Assembly (NCBI GenBank): GCA_902623735.1
Contig: CACNUU010000001.1
Coordinates: 93,286 to 157,285 of the forward strand
DNA from: an uncultured Pelagibacteraceae bacterium
GTDB taxonomy: Bacteria; Pseudomonadota; Alphaproteobacteria; Pelagibacterales; Pelagibacteraceae
Reading direction: 5' to 3'
DNA: 64,000 bases
Positions 31,083 through 40,241 of the stretch are shown here, one piece after another. The notes under the pieces are model-generated. The model made no database searches. It had not been told where the DNA came from and saw only the letters and a program-made list of their open reading frames with translations. The translations under genes and the position numbers were made by a program. Each line of letters starts with the position of its first letter. Positions within the stretch are counted from its first letter, which is position 1.

Positions 31083-31140
31083 ACGAATCACATTGATTCG
31101 TTATTTAGTTATTTTTATTTTTTTATACACGTTATGTCAA
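31083..31140 (-). promoter_or_regulatory. Promoter and palindrome upstream of the basic microprotein
   Basis: TTGACA (31140-31135)-17 nt-TAAAAA (31117-31112); palindrome ACGAATCA-CAT-TGATTCGT (31083-31101) containing two GANTC sites. Confidence 0.65.
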
Positions 31141-31258
31141 TTCTTTAATTAAAGTTAAAATTTTTTTGAATTATTTAAAAACTAAAAAAAATTTTTATAA
31201 TTTTTATGTGTAAAAAAGTTAATGTTTATGCGCTTTATAATCAAATATTTAAATTAAA

Positions 31259-33001
31259 TTAATAAAGTTTATCTAAATCTTCTTTATATTTTTGCAAAAT
31301 TTTTTTTCTTTTTAGTTTTAAAGTTGGTGTTAACATTCCATTTTCAATTGTAAATTCATCTTTAATTATTTTAAATTTCTTAACTTTTTCTACTAAAGAT
31401 AAATTTTTATTTAAGTTTTCTATGTAAAATTCAATTTCACTTATATTTTGTTCACTATCACTCACAACTAATGCAACTAAATAAGTTTTTTTATCTCCAT
31501 AAACAAAACTTTGTTGAATTTTTTCGCTACGACATAACAAATTTTCAATCTTAGACGGTGAAATGTTATCACCACCAAGATTTACTATAATTTCTTTTTT
31601 TCTATCAGTAATTTTTAGGTTTCCTTCCTGTGTAATTTCACCAATATCTCCAGTATGTAGCCAATTATCTTTGATAATATCTTCTGTTTCCTTTTTTTTA
31701 TTCCAGTAACCAAGCATCACATTTTCCCCTTTGACTAAAATTTCTCCATCATCTGCAATTTTGACCTCATTGGTTTTAAAAGGTGGGCCTACAGTCGCAA
31801 TCTCAATTTTCCCAGGAATATTGCAACTTACAACTGGAGAGGCTTCGGTTAATCCATAACCTTGTAAGGTTGGCAATCCAATAGCATTTAAAAATTCTCC
31901 AATTTTTTGATCTAAGGCACCTCCTCCAGAAACGAAAGCTTTTAATTTACCACCAAACTGATTTCTTATTTTTTTTCTTACTAAAACCTCACAAAAAAAA
32001 TTGATTATTTTTTCTTTTAAATTTAATTCTAATTTGTTCAAATTTTTGGTTCCTAACAAAATAGTATTTTGTATCAATTTCTTTTTAAAACCTTTTTGTT
32101 TTGAAAAATTAAGGAAAATTTTACCATATAAATTTTGATAAAATCTTGGAACAGCAGTCATAATAGTAGGTTTAGCAGTGGCCATATTAGGTAATAATTT
32201 TTCTAAACTTTCAGCGTAATAAATTTTTGCCCCAAGTAATATTTGAACGTATTGAACAGTATGTTCGTATGAGTGAGACAATGGTAGCCAAGTCAAGAAA
32301 ACTGGTTTTTTATTTTCAATTAATGAGTTTAAAATTTCTTGTGCACCTTCACAATTTGATAAAATACCCCCATGACTTAACATAACTCCTTTGGGATTTC
32401 CAGTAGTCCCTGATGTATAAATAATACAAGCTAAATCATTTCTCCTTAAACTATTATTATTAAATTTTATACTTTCGGTTAAAGATTTAATATTCCATTC
32501 AGCTTTAAGAAAAATATTTTCAAAAAATTCTATTTTTTCATCAAATTTATCAATTGAAATAACAATCGTTTTTTTTTTAATATGATTTTTAATTTTTTCA
32601 AATTGGGAAAGATTAGAGACAATACATACTTTTGGTTCACAATCATTAATTATATAATTATAATCACTAGTTGAATAAGTTGTAAAAAGTGGAACTGTTA
32701 CCCCACCTGCATTCATAATTGCTATATCAGATATTAGCCACTCAGGACGATTTTCAGATAACAAAACACATCTGTCACCCTTAGAAATAATCTTTTCTAA
32801 ATAACTTGATAATATTTTTATTTTTGTATTTATATTTCCCCATGAATATGTAAATGGTCCAGAATTTGTGTTTGGTAAATCTTTATTTTTTAGTGAAACT
32901 AAAAAAGTCTCTTCATGAGACTTTGTTCCAATAATTGGAAACTTTTCTTCATATTTCTTAAAAAAAAGTTCAACTAAACTATTTATTTCTCTCAGTTTCA
33001 T
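31259..33001 (-). CDS. Long-chain fatty acid--CoA ligase (AMP-dependent synthetase)
   Basis: IIYTSGTTGNPKG, QGYGLTE, WLHTGDIG, TPTLKLKR. Confidence 0.93.
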   Translation of the reverse strand: MKLREINSLVELFFKKYEEKFPIIGTKSHEETFLVSLKNKDLPNTNSGPFTYSWGNINTKIKILSSYLEKIISKGDRCVLLSENRPEWLISDIAIMNAGGVTVPLFTTYSTSDYNYIINDCEPKVCIVSNLSQFEKIKNHIKKKTIVISIDKFDEKIEFFENIFLKAEWNIKSLTESIKFNNNSLRRNDLACIIYTSGTTGNPKGVMLSHGGILSNCEGAQEILNSLIENKKPVFLTWLPLSHSYEHTVQYVQILLGAKIYYAESLEKLLPNMATAKPTIMTAVPRFYQNLYGKIFLNFSKQKGFKKKLIQNTILLGTKNLNKLELNLKEKIINFFCEVLVRKKIRNQFGGKLKAFVSGGGALDQKIGEFLNAIGLPTLQGYGLTEASPVVSCNIPGKIEIATVGPPFKTNEVKIADDGEILVKGENVMLGYWNKKKETEDIIKDNWLHTGDIGEITQEGNLKITDRKKEIIVNLGGDNISPSKIENLLCRSEKIQQSFVYGDKKTYLVALVVSDSEQNISEIEFYIENLNKNLSLVEKVKKFKIIKDEFTIENGMLTPTLKLKRKKILQKYKEDLDKLY

Positions 33002-33005
33002 AATT

Positions 33006-33090
33006 TGGTGGGCGAAGAGAGAATCGAACTCTCACTTCTTGCGAAACACGATTTTGAGTCGTGCGCGTCTACCAGTTCCGCCATTCGCCC
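33006..33090 (-). tRNA. tRNA-Leu (anticodon CAA)
   Basis: Reverse complement GGGCGAATGGCGGAACTGGTAGACGCG-CACGA-CTCAAAA-TCGTG, long variable arm, GAGAGTTCGATTCTCTC-TTCGCCC-ACCA; 85 nt. Confidence 0.97.
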
Positions 33091-33149
33091 TTAATTGTTT
33101 AATAATTTATTAAATAGTATAAGAACTAAAATTATATTAAAACCAAAAA

Positions 33150-33755
33150 ATGTTTAATAGTCTTTACAAAAAATGTTTAGATTTAGCAGCTCATGAAAGT
33201 TCTAAATATTATTTAGCGGTAGTCTCATTTGTTGAAAGCTCATTTTTTCCTATTCCTCCTGATGTTATGATTATTCCAATGGTAATATCTAAAAAGAACG
33301 ATTTTATAAAAATTTTTTTAATTACAACAATATTTTCAGTCATGGGTGGTATGTTAGGTTATTTAATTGGAGCATTTTTTTTTGATTTTGGTGCAAGTAT
33401 AATGACTTTTTATGGATACGAAGATAAATTATTCAATATCAAAAATAACTTAATTAATAGTGAAGGTTTTTATGCTTGGCTCGGTATACTTTTTTTAGCT
33501 GGATTTACACCTCTTCCATACAAAGTTTTTACTATTGCTAGTGGCTTAATAGGATTTAATTTTTTTATATTTATTCTAATAAGCTTAATTTCTAGAGGAT
33601 TAAGATTTTTTTTAGTATCATATTTATCATATAAATTTGGAGACATATTTACCCAATTTATGGAAAAACATGGATCAAAGTGGTTTACTATAATTGGAAT
33701 ATTAATTTTGATAATTAGTGCAGGAGTCTATTTTATTTTTAAATCTCATGTTTAA
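33150..33755 (+). CDS. YqaA/DedA family membrane protein
   Basis: SFVESSFFPIPPD, GFTPLPYKVFTI, SRGLRFF. Confidence 0.92.
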   Translation: MFNSLYKKCLDLAAHESSKYYLAVVSFVESSFFPIPPDVMIIPMVISKKNDFIKIFLITTIFSVMGGMLGYLIGAFFFDFGASIMTFYGYEDKLFNIKNNLINSEGFYAWLGILFLAGFTPLPYKVFTIASGLIGFNFFIFILISLISRGLRFFLVSYLSYKFGDIFTQFMEKHGSKWFTIIGILILIISAGVYFIFKSHV

Positions 33756-34242
33756 TTTAAAAGCTGAATTTTATCTAAAAATAATTTTTATAATTTGCTC
33801 TGTGGCATTAACTTCTGCATATTTTATAGAATATATTCTTGGTCATCAGCCTTGCAATTTATGTATAATTGAGAGAATTCCTTATGTCGTGGGCTTATTT
33901 TTGATAATTTCGATATATATCTTAAAAAAAAATAAAAAATTTCATGTTTTGTTATTGATCCTAACCTTTATTTTTTCATTAATAATTTCAATTTATCACT
34001 TTGGAATTGAGCAAAATTTTTTTCAAGAGTCGGCTGTTTGTGATACCAAGGATCTAAATAAAGCTATAACAAAAGAGAATTTACTTAAACAATTAAATGA
34101 GAAAGCTGTAAGCTGCAAAGATGTGACATTTAGGATTTTTGGATTATCTCTTACAAGTATTAATATTGTAATTAATATAATACTAATTATAACACTTTCA
34201 AAAATTTATACGCAATATGAAAAAAACAAATACCAGAGTTGA
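33748..34242 (+). CDS. dsbB: Disulfide bond formation protein B
   Basis: PCNLCIIER, periplasmic Cys pair, IFGLS; ATG at 33748 is the likely start. Confidence 0.88.
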   Translation: MFNLKAEFYLKIIFIICSVALTSAYFIEYILGHQPCNLCIIERIPYVVGLFLIISIYILKKNKKFHVLLLILTFIFSLIISIYHFGIEQNFFQESAVCDTKDLNKAITKENLLKQLNEKAVSCKDVTFRIFGLSLTSINIVINIILIITLSKIYTQYEKNKYQS

Positions 34243-34747
34243 AGAATTTATCAGAGTTGACCACGCTGGTGAAAGAGGTGCAGTCAAAATTTATGAAGGT
34301 CAGCTATTAGCTTTAAATACAATTGTTAAAAATGATAGTTTGAAAAAAACAATTGAAGATATGAAAGAACACGAGATAGAACATTGTGAATTTTTTGAAA
34401 ATGAAATAAAAAAAAGAAATATTAAACCTACAAAATTTTTACCTTTATGGGATTTATTGGGTGTTGGTTTGGGTTTTGGATCAACGTTATTAGGAAAAAA
34501 GGCAGCAATGTTATGCACTGCATCAGTTGAAGAGGTGATTGATAAACATTATTTAGATCAAATTAATCAATTAGGCCCTGAGGAAAAAGAATTAAAAAAA
34601 AAAATAACAAAGTTTAGGCAAGATGAATTGGATCATAAAGACATTGCTTATGAAGAGGGTGCATCAAAAAAAGGTTTTTATTCAATTATGGATAAAATAA
34701 TTAAAACAGGTTCAAAAATAGCTATTCGTATTTCAGAAAAAGTTTAG
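34217..34747 (+). CDS. coq7: Demethoxyubiquinone hydroxylase, Coq7/CLK-1 di-iron family
   Basis: IRVDHAGERGA..IY, EIEH, VEEVIDKHY, DELDH. Confidence 0.92.
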   Translation: MKKTNTRVEEFIRVDHAGERGAVKIYEGQLLALNTIVKNDSLKKTIEDMKEHEIEHCEFFENEIKKRNIKPTKFLPLWDLLGVGLGFGSTLLGKKAAMLCTASVEEVIDKHYLDQINQLGPEEKELKKKITKFRQDELDHKDIAYEEGASKKGFYSIMDKIIKTGSKIAIRISEKV

Positions 34748-34750
34748 ATA

Positions 34751-35320
34751 TCAAGCTTCTAATTCAACATCCCAATACAAATAATCCATCCAACTTTTGT
34801 GCAAATAATTTGGGGGGAAATTTTTACCGTTCCTGTGCAAATCTTCTGTGGATGGTTGATAAGGATATTGAAATAACTTCATACCAGAAGATTTCAAAAG
34901 TTTTCCTCCTTTTTTAACATTACAATCTGAACAAGCTGTTACAACATTATCCCAATTAGTTTCACCACCTTTTGACCTAGGCAATAAGTGATCGAAAGTT
35001 AATTCGTTTCCACTTCCACAATATTGACACGAAAACTTATCACGAAGAAATACATTAAATCTTGTGAAACTTGGTTTGGATTGAGGAACTATATAATCTT
35101 TTAGCGCTATAACACTAGGTAATTTCATATTAAATGATGGGCTTCTTACAATTCTATCATAGTTACTTACAATGGTCACCCGATCTAGAAAAACTGATTT
35201 AACAGTGTCTTGCCATGACCATAAAGATAAAGGATAATAACTTAAAGGTCTGTAATCTGCATTTAAAACTAATGCAGGACATTTTTCTAATGAAATATCT
35301 TGTTCAAGAAAACTATTCAT
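34751..35320 (-). CDS. HNH endonuclease (conserved alphaproteobacterial type)
   Basis: PALVLNADYRPLSYYPLS, RDKFSCQYCG, TFDHLLPRSKGG, ACSDCN. Confidence 0.93.
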   Translation of the reverse strand: MNSFLEQDISLEKCPALVLNADYRPLSYYPLSLWSWQDTVKSVFLDRVTIVSNYDRIVRSPSFNMKLPSVIALKDYIVPQSKPSFTRFNVFLRDKFSCQYCGSGNELTFDHLLPRSKGGETNWDNVVTACSDCNVKKGGKLLKSSGMKLFQYPYQPSTEDLHRNGKNFPPNYLHKSWMDYLYWDVELEA

Positions 35321-35358
35321 GAATAAAGTTTAGCTTAAATAAAAAATTATTTCAATAT

Positions 35359-36018
35359 TTAGCTATGATTAAATTTTTTAATAATATAATTTAATGCTAT
35401 ACTTGACGCCTCAATCGGAATATGATGTCCACAGTTTTTTAACAAGTATGTTTCAACATTAATATCATTTCTAATTAAGAAGTCTTTTGCCTCTAACAAA
35501 TGATCTGGTGCGACTATTTCATCAGCATCACCATGTATTAATAATACATCAGTTGAAACTTTTTTTTTTTGTTTAAGATAATTTTGATTTATGATTTTAC
35601 CTGAAAAGCCAATTATGGAATTATATTTTTGATCTGAGATTAATCCTAGATTTAAAGACATCATGCAACCTTGGCTAAAACCTGAAAGGCAAATCTTATT
35701 ATTATCTAGATCAAATTTTTTTTTAATTTCGTTTATGAATTTATTTAATATATTTTCAGCCTTTTTAACCTCTGTTAATATATATTCTGGATTTTCTATT
35801 GATAAATCAAACCATTGATAACCCGCTGGATTAATCGGGCATATTTCATGTCCATTGGGGCAAATAAAAACTGTGTTTGGCAAATATCTTTTCCAATTAA
35901 AAGATAAAGTACTTATATCCTTCCCATCTCCTCCATAGCCATGTAATAGGATGATTGCATTTTGAATTGCTAAATTATTTTCAGGTTTAATTATCGTGGT
36001 TTCTAGACAAAATGTCAT
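35359..36018 (-). CDS. Phospholipase/carboxylesterase family alpha/beta hydrolase
   Basis: LLHGYG, GFSQG, HGDADEIV, GHHI. Confidence 0.9.
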   Translation of the reverse strand: MTFCLETTIIKPENNLAIQNAIILLHGYGGDGKDISTLSFNWKRYLPNTVFICPNGHEICPINPAGYQWFDLSIENPEYILTEVKKAENILNKFINEIKKKFDLDNNKICLSGFSQGCMMSLNLGLISDQKYNSIIGFSGKIINQNYLKQKKKVSTDVLLIHGDADEIVAPDHLLEAKDFLIRNDINVETYLLKNCGHHIPIEASSIALNYIIKKFNHS

Positions 36019-36067
36019 ACTTAATTTTTTATGTTTTTTTATTTTTAAAACAACTTACAATACAATT

Positions 36068-36271
36068 ATGATTTCTGGAATATTACTTAAAATTTTATCA
36101 ATTATATTATTAGCAACAGTTGGAATAGTTCTTATACTTGGGATAGGAACATTGTTTAAAGGTGGAGAAACAAGTAAAAAATACTCAAATAAATTAATGC
36201 AGTTGAGAGTTCTATTACAATTCCTCGCTATTCTCGCTCTTGTAGGTTTTGCATATTTTTTTAAAAATTAA
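36068..36271 (+). CDS. HIG1-like twin transmembrane helix small protein
   Basis: VLILGIGTLFKGG...SNKLMQLRVLLQ; ATG at 36068. Confidence 0.88.
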   Translation: MISGILLKILSIILLATVGIVLILGIGTLFKGGETSKKYSNKLMQLRVLLQFLAILALVGFAYFFKN

Positions 36272-36777
36272 TTGAAAGATATTAGCCATTCAACAAATTT
36301 TTCATTTTGAAAATCAGTAGATCCAACGATTCTAGCAAATTCTTTTCCTTCTTTGTCAATTAGAATAGAGGTTGGAATACCTCTGAGTAAAAATTTTTTT
36401 GTTAAAATTAATGAAGAGTCAAAATATAATTCTAAGTGTTTTATATTTAATTCCTCAAAAAATTTTTGAGATTTTTCTAAATTATCATTTCCGACATTAA
36501 TTGGGAAAATTTTTAAATTATCTAATTTTGAATTAATTTTTAATAAATCTAATGACGGCATTTCCTCTTTGCATGGTGCACACCAAGTAGCCCAAAAATT
36601 TATTAATATCAGATTTCCATTAAAACTATCTAAAGAGACTTGGTTATTTTCACTATCTAAAAACGTTAAACTATCGTATTTTTTTAGTTGTTTAGTTAAT
36701 ACCAAATTTTTAATATTTGGGCTTTCATTTGCAAAAGAGTTTGTTATTAAAAATATAAATATAATTAAAAATCTCAT
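36268..36777 (-). CDS. TlpA family thiol:disulfide reductase
   Basis: NFWATWCAPCKEEMPSL and GIPTSILID; signal peptide; divergent from argH. Confidence 0.93.
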   Translation of the reverse strand: MRFLIIFIFLITNSFANESPNIKNLVLTKQLKKYDSLTFLDSENNQVSLDSFNGNLILINFWATWCAPCKEEMPSLDLLKINSKLDNLKIFPINVGNDNLEKSQKFFEELNIKHLELYFDSSLILTKKFLLRGIPTSILIDKEGKEFARIVGSTDFQNEKFVEWLISFN

Positions 36778-36801
36778 TCTAAACAGGTATACTTAATTAT
36801 C

Positions 36802-38196
36802 ATGGTAAAAAATAAAAACAATAAAGCAATTTGGAATACCAGAATAAAAAAGAGAACATCCTCATTTTTTGCAAAAATCGGAGGCTCGCTTGAAATTGAT
36901 AAAAAACTTTATAAAGAGGATATCATGGGATCCATAGTTCACACAGAGATGCTCTTTAAACAAAAAATTATATCTTTTAAAATTAAAAACAAAATTATCT
37001 ACGGATTAAAAAAAATTGAAAATGAAATTTCTAAAAATAAATTCAATTTTGATAGAACTTTTGAAGACATACATATGAATATAGAAAAAAGATTGTTTGA
37101 AATTATTGGTGAAGAGGCAGGTTATGTTCATACTGCTCGCTCTAGAAATGACCAAGTTATTACTGATCTAAAAATTTGGATGAAATCTGCAACTAAAGAA
37201 ATTAATAAAAATATAGATAAACTTTTAAAAACTATACTTAAAAATGCAGAAAAAAATATTTACACTATCATGCCAGGCTTCACACACCTTAAAAATGCTC
37301 AAGCTTTATCTTTTGCTCATTACTTAATGGCTTATATTGAAATGTTTATTAGAGACAAAAAAAGATTCCAAAATTGTTTAGAAAGTTTAAACGAAAATCC
37401 TCTTGGCGTATCAGCACTGACTGGAACTTCGTTTAATATTGATAGAAATTATACTACAAGAAAGCTAGGTTTTAAAAAACCTACAAATAATTCAATTGAC
37501 ACAGTATCTGATAGGGATTTTGTTTTAGACTACTTGTATAGCTGTTCAGTTTGCGCAATGCATATTTCTAGAATTTCTGAAGAATTAATAATATGGAATT
37601 CAGATGCATTTAGTCTAATTAAGCTTTCAGACAAAGTTGTTACCGGTTCTTCAATTATGCCACAAAAAAAAAATCCTGACCCTCTTGAATACTTAAGGGG
37701 TAAATCTGGAACAATATTTGGTAATTTATTTTCAATGTTAACTATTCTAAAAGGATTGCCTCTTTCTTACTTTAAAGATCTCCAAGATGATAAAGAAATA
37801 ATATTTAAAACAAATGAAATTTTAACTTCTTGCTTAAAGATTTTAGATGAAGTTCTGAATAACATTTATCCAGATAAAAAAAAAATGTTTGAACTTACAA
37901 ATAAGGGACATGTGACCGCAACAGACTTGGCCGACTATCTTGTAAAAAATAAATCTATTTCTTTTAGAGCGGCATACCAAAAAACAGCTGAAATTGTAAA
38001 TTTTGCTGAAAAGAAGAAAAAACAAATCCATGAACTTGATCTAAAGGAGCTTAAAAAAATAGATCCTCATTTTAACGAAGACGTATTAAAAGTCTTTAAT
38101 CTAAAAAATTCTATCAATTCAAAAAAATCCTATGGAGGAACATCTTTTGATAATATTAAAAAGATGATAATAAAATACAAAAAACTATTAAAATGA
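36802..38196 (+). CDS. argH: Argininosuccinate lyase
   Basis: EDIHMNIE, HTARSRNDQ, GSSIMPQKKNPD. Confidence 0.98.
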   Translation: MVKNKNNKAIWNTRIKKRTSSFFAKIGGSLEIDKKLYKEDIMGSIVHTEMLFKQKIISFKIKNKIIYGLKKIENEISKNKFNFDRTFEDIHMNIEKRLFEIIGEEAGYVHTARSRNDQVITDLKIWMKSATKEINKNIDKLLKTILKNAEKNIYTIMPGFTHLKNAQALSFAHYLMAYIEMFIRDKKRFQNCLESLNENPLGVSALTGTSFNIDRNYTTRKLGFKKPTNNSIDTVSDRDFVLDYLYSCSVCAMHISRISEELIIWNSDAFSLIKLSDKVVTGSSIMPQKKNPDPLEYLRGKSGTIFGNLFSMLTILKGLPLSYFKDLQDDKEIIFKTNEILTSCLKILDEVLNNIYPDKKKMFELTNKGHVTATDLADYLVKNKSISFRAAYQKTAEIVNFAEKKKKQIHELDLKELKKIDPHFNEDVLKVFNLKNSINSKKSYGGTSFDNIKKMIIKYKKLLK

Positions 38197-38318
38197 AAAA
38201 AATTTTTTTGTTTCTTTCTTTAGTTATATTGATTTTCTCATGTGGAAAAAAAAGTGATCCTGAATATGAAAAAATTAGTTCGAGTATTAATCACACCAAA
38301 TTTAAAACGGTGTTATGA
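38193..38318 (+). CDS. Small lipoprotein, LptM/YifL/LppL-like (41 aa, not in ORF track)
   Basis: MKKIFLFLSLVILIFS-CGKKSDPEY...; lipobox-like Cys; ATGA overlaps with both argH and lysA. Confidence 0.8.
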   Translation: MKKIFLFLSLVILIFSCGKKSDPEYEKISSSINHTKFKTVL

Positions 38319-39529
38319 AGTATAAAAAAAAAAAATTTTTTATTGAAAATTTAAGTGTCAATTTATTGGCTAATAAATTCAAAACACCCTGTTATTGCTA
38401 TTCATACAATAAAATAAAAGAAAATATAATTGATTTTAATAATAATTTTAAAAAAATTAAACCTCTAATCTGTTTTTCTGTTAAGGCGAACCCAAATAAA
38501 ACTATTTTACGCGAAATTTGTAATTTAGGATTAGGAGCCGATGTTGTTTCAATTGGGGAACTAATGGTAGCACTTAAATCTGGAATTAAACCAAGTAAGA
38601 TTGTATTCTCTGGAGTTGGAAAAACTTTTAAAGAAATTGACTATGCATTAAAAAAAAGAATATTTCTCATAAATGCTGAATCAAAAAGTGAAGTTCTTGC
38701 TATTGAAAAAATAGCAAAATTACAAAAAAAAAGAGTTAATATTGGCATAAGATTAAATCCAAATACTGACGCAAAAACTCTTAGACAAATTTCTACCGGG
38801 AAAAAAGAAAATAAATTTGGTGTATCTGAAAATATTTTTTTAGACTTGGTCAAATATATTAGAAATTCTAATAATTTAAATTTAAAATGTTTAAGTGTTC
38901 ACATTGGAAGTCAAATTCTTGAGATCAAACCTTATCAAAAAATGTTGTCTGTATTAGAAAAAGCGATAAAAAAATCTCAATTCGACTTTGAATTTATTGA
39001 CTTAGGTGGAGGTATTGGCATTGACTACCAAAATACAAATAAAAAACTAAATTTAAAAAAATACGCAAGTATTATTGAAAAATTTTTAAAAGGTAAAAAA
39101 TCTAAAATTATCTTTGAACCTGGTAGATCGATAATTGGAAATACAGGAATTTTAATCTCTAAAATAATCTATATTAAAGAAGGTTATAAAAAAGATTTTA
39201 TTATTTTAGACACAGCCATGAATGATTTAATGAGACCAGCTTTGTACAATGCTAGGCACCGAATAATTCCTTCAATAAAAAATTTTTCAAAATCTAACAA
39301 GATATACGAATTTGTTGGTCCAATATGTGAAAGCACAGATAAATTTTCGTCAATAAGAAATTTTCAAAAATTAAAAGAGGGAGATCTAATAATAATTTGT
39401 GATGTTGGGGCCTATGGTATGTCGCTAAGTTCAAACTATAATTTGAGACCTAAACCTTGCGAGATATTAATAAAAAATAAAAATTCACAAATAATTAGTA
39501 AAAGACAAAGTCTAAAAGACTTAATATAA
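38315..39529 (+). CDS. lysA: Diaminopimelate decarboxylase
   Basis: SVKANPN (PLP Lys), HIGSQI, DLGGG, EPGR, GPICESTD, GAYG. Confidence 0.97.
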   Translation: MKYKKKKFFIENLSVNLLANKFKTPCYCYSYNKIKENIIDFNNNFKKIKPLICFSVKANPNKTILREICNLGLGADVVSIGELMVALKSGIKPSKIVFSGVGKTFKEIDYALKKRIFLINAESKSEVLAIEKIAKLQKKRVNIGIRLNPNTDAKTLRQISTGKKENKFGVSENIFLDLVKYIRNSNNLNLKCLSVHIGSQILEIKPYQKMLSVLEKAIKKSQFDFEFIDLGGGIGIDYQNTNKKLNLKKYASIIEKFLKGKKSKIIFEPGRSIIGNTGILISKIIYIKEGYKKDFIILDTAMNDLMRPALYNARHRIIPSIKNFSKSNKIYEFVGPICESTDKFSSIRNFQKLKEGDLIIICDVGAYGMSLSSNYNLRPKPCEILIKNKNSQIISKRQSLKDLI

Positions 39530-39539
39530 TTTTAATCAA

Positions 39540-40241
39540 ATGATTAGAAGCTTTCTATTTTCTCTATTTTTCTTTGTGGGAATTGTTTTAATTTCAATAA
39601 TGTTTATTCCAGCTTTTTTTTTACCACAAAAAATTGTTTTGATTGGTGGAAAAATTATGGGATATTGGTCAACATTTTGCCTAAAAGTTTTTCTTTCAAC
39701 AAAAATAATTATCAAAGGTACTGAAAATATTTTAAAAGATGAAAAATTTTTTATTGCTTGCTCCCATCAATCAATGTTTGAAACTTTTTATTTACAAACA
39801 ATTTTTAATTCACCAGTTTTTATCCTAAAAAAAGAACTGCTTAACATTCCAATATTTGGTTGGTATTTGAGAAAAATTGGTTCAATATCAATAAAAAGAA
39901 ATAAAGTGACGAAAGAAAATTTAGGTTTCTTTAATGAAATAAAAAAGATCGTTAATAAATCTGATAGACCAATAATTATTTTTCCTCAAGCCACTAGGGT
40001 ATTACCTAATGAAAGGCCTCCCTTTAAAAAAGGGGCATCAAAAATTTATGAGGAATTAAAGATTTTTTGTCAACCAATTGCTATCAATTCTGGTCTTGTG
40101 TGGCCAAAGAAAGGTAGAAAAGTCTCAAATAAAGAAATAACAATTTCTATCCTTAAACCCATAAATCCAGGATTGTCAAAAAATAATTTTATCAAAACCC
40201 TGGAGGAAAATATTTATTCTGAGTTAGATTTAATTAATTAA
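39540..40241 (+). CDS. plsC: 1-acyl-sn-glycerol-3-phosphate acyltransferase family
   Basis: HQSMFET, LKKELL, IFPQATR, PIAINSG. Confidence 0.85.
   Translation: MIRSFLFSLFFFVGIVLISIMFIPAFFLPQKIVLIGGKIMGYWSTFCLKVFLSTKIIIKGTENILKDEKFFIACSHQSMFETFYLQTIFNSPVFILKKELLNIPIFGWYLRKIGSISIKRNKVTKENLGFFNEIKKIVNKSDRPIIIFPQATRVLPNERPPFKKGASKIYEELKIFCQPIAINSGLVWPKKGRKVSNKEITISILKPINPGLSKNNFIKTLEENIYSELDLIN

Noticed and set aside
31141-31160. CtrA box upstream of the microprotein promoter
   Set aside because: The TTAA half-sites are spaced by 6 nt rather than the consensus 7, and TTAA is ubiquitous here.
34751-35320. HNH endonuclease as a homing, mobile or defence element
   Set aside because: It matches the conserved housekeeping-type alphaproteobacterial HNH protein, with no intron, repeats or methylase nearby.
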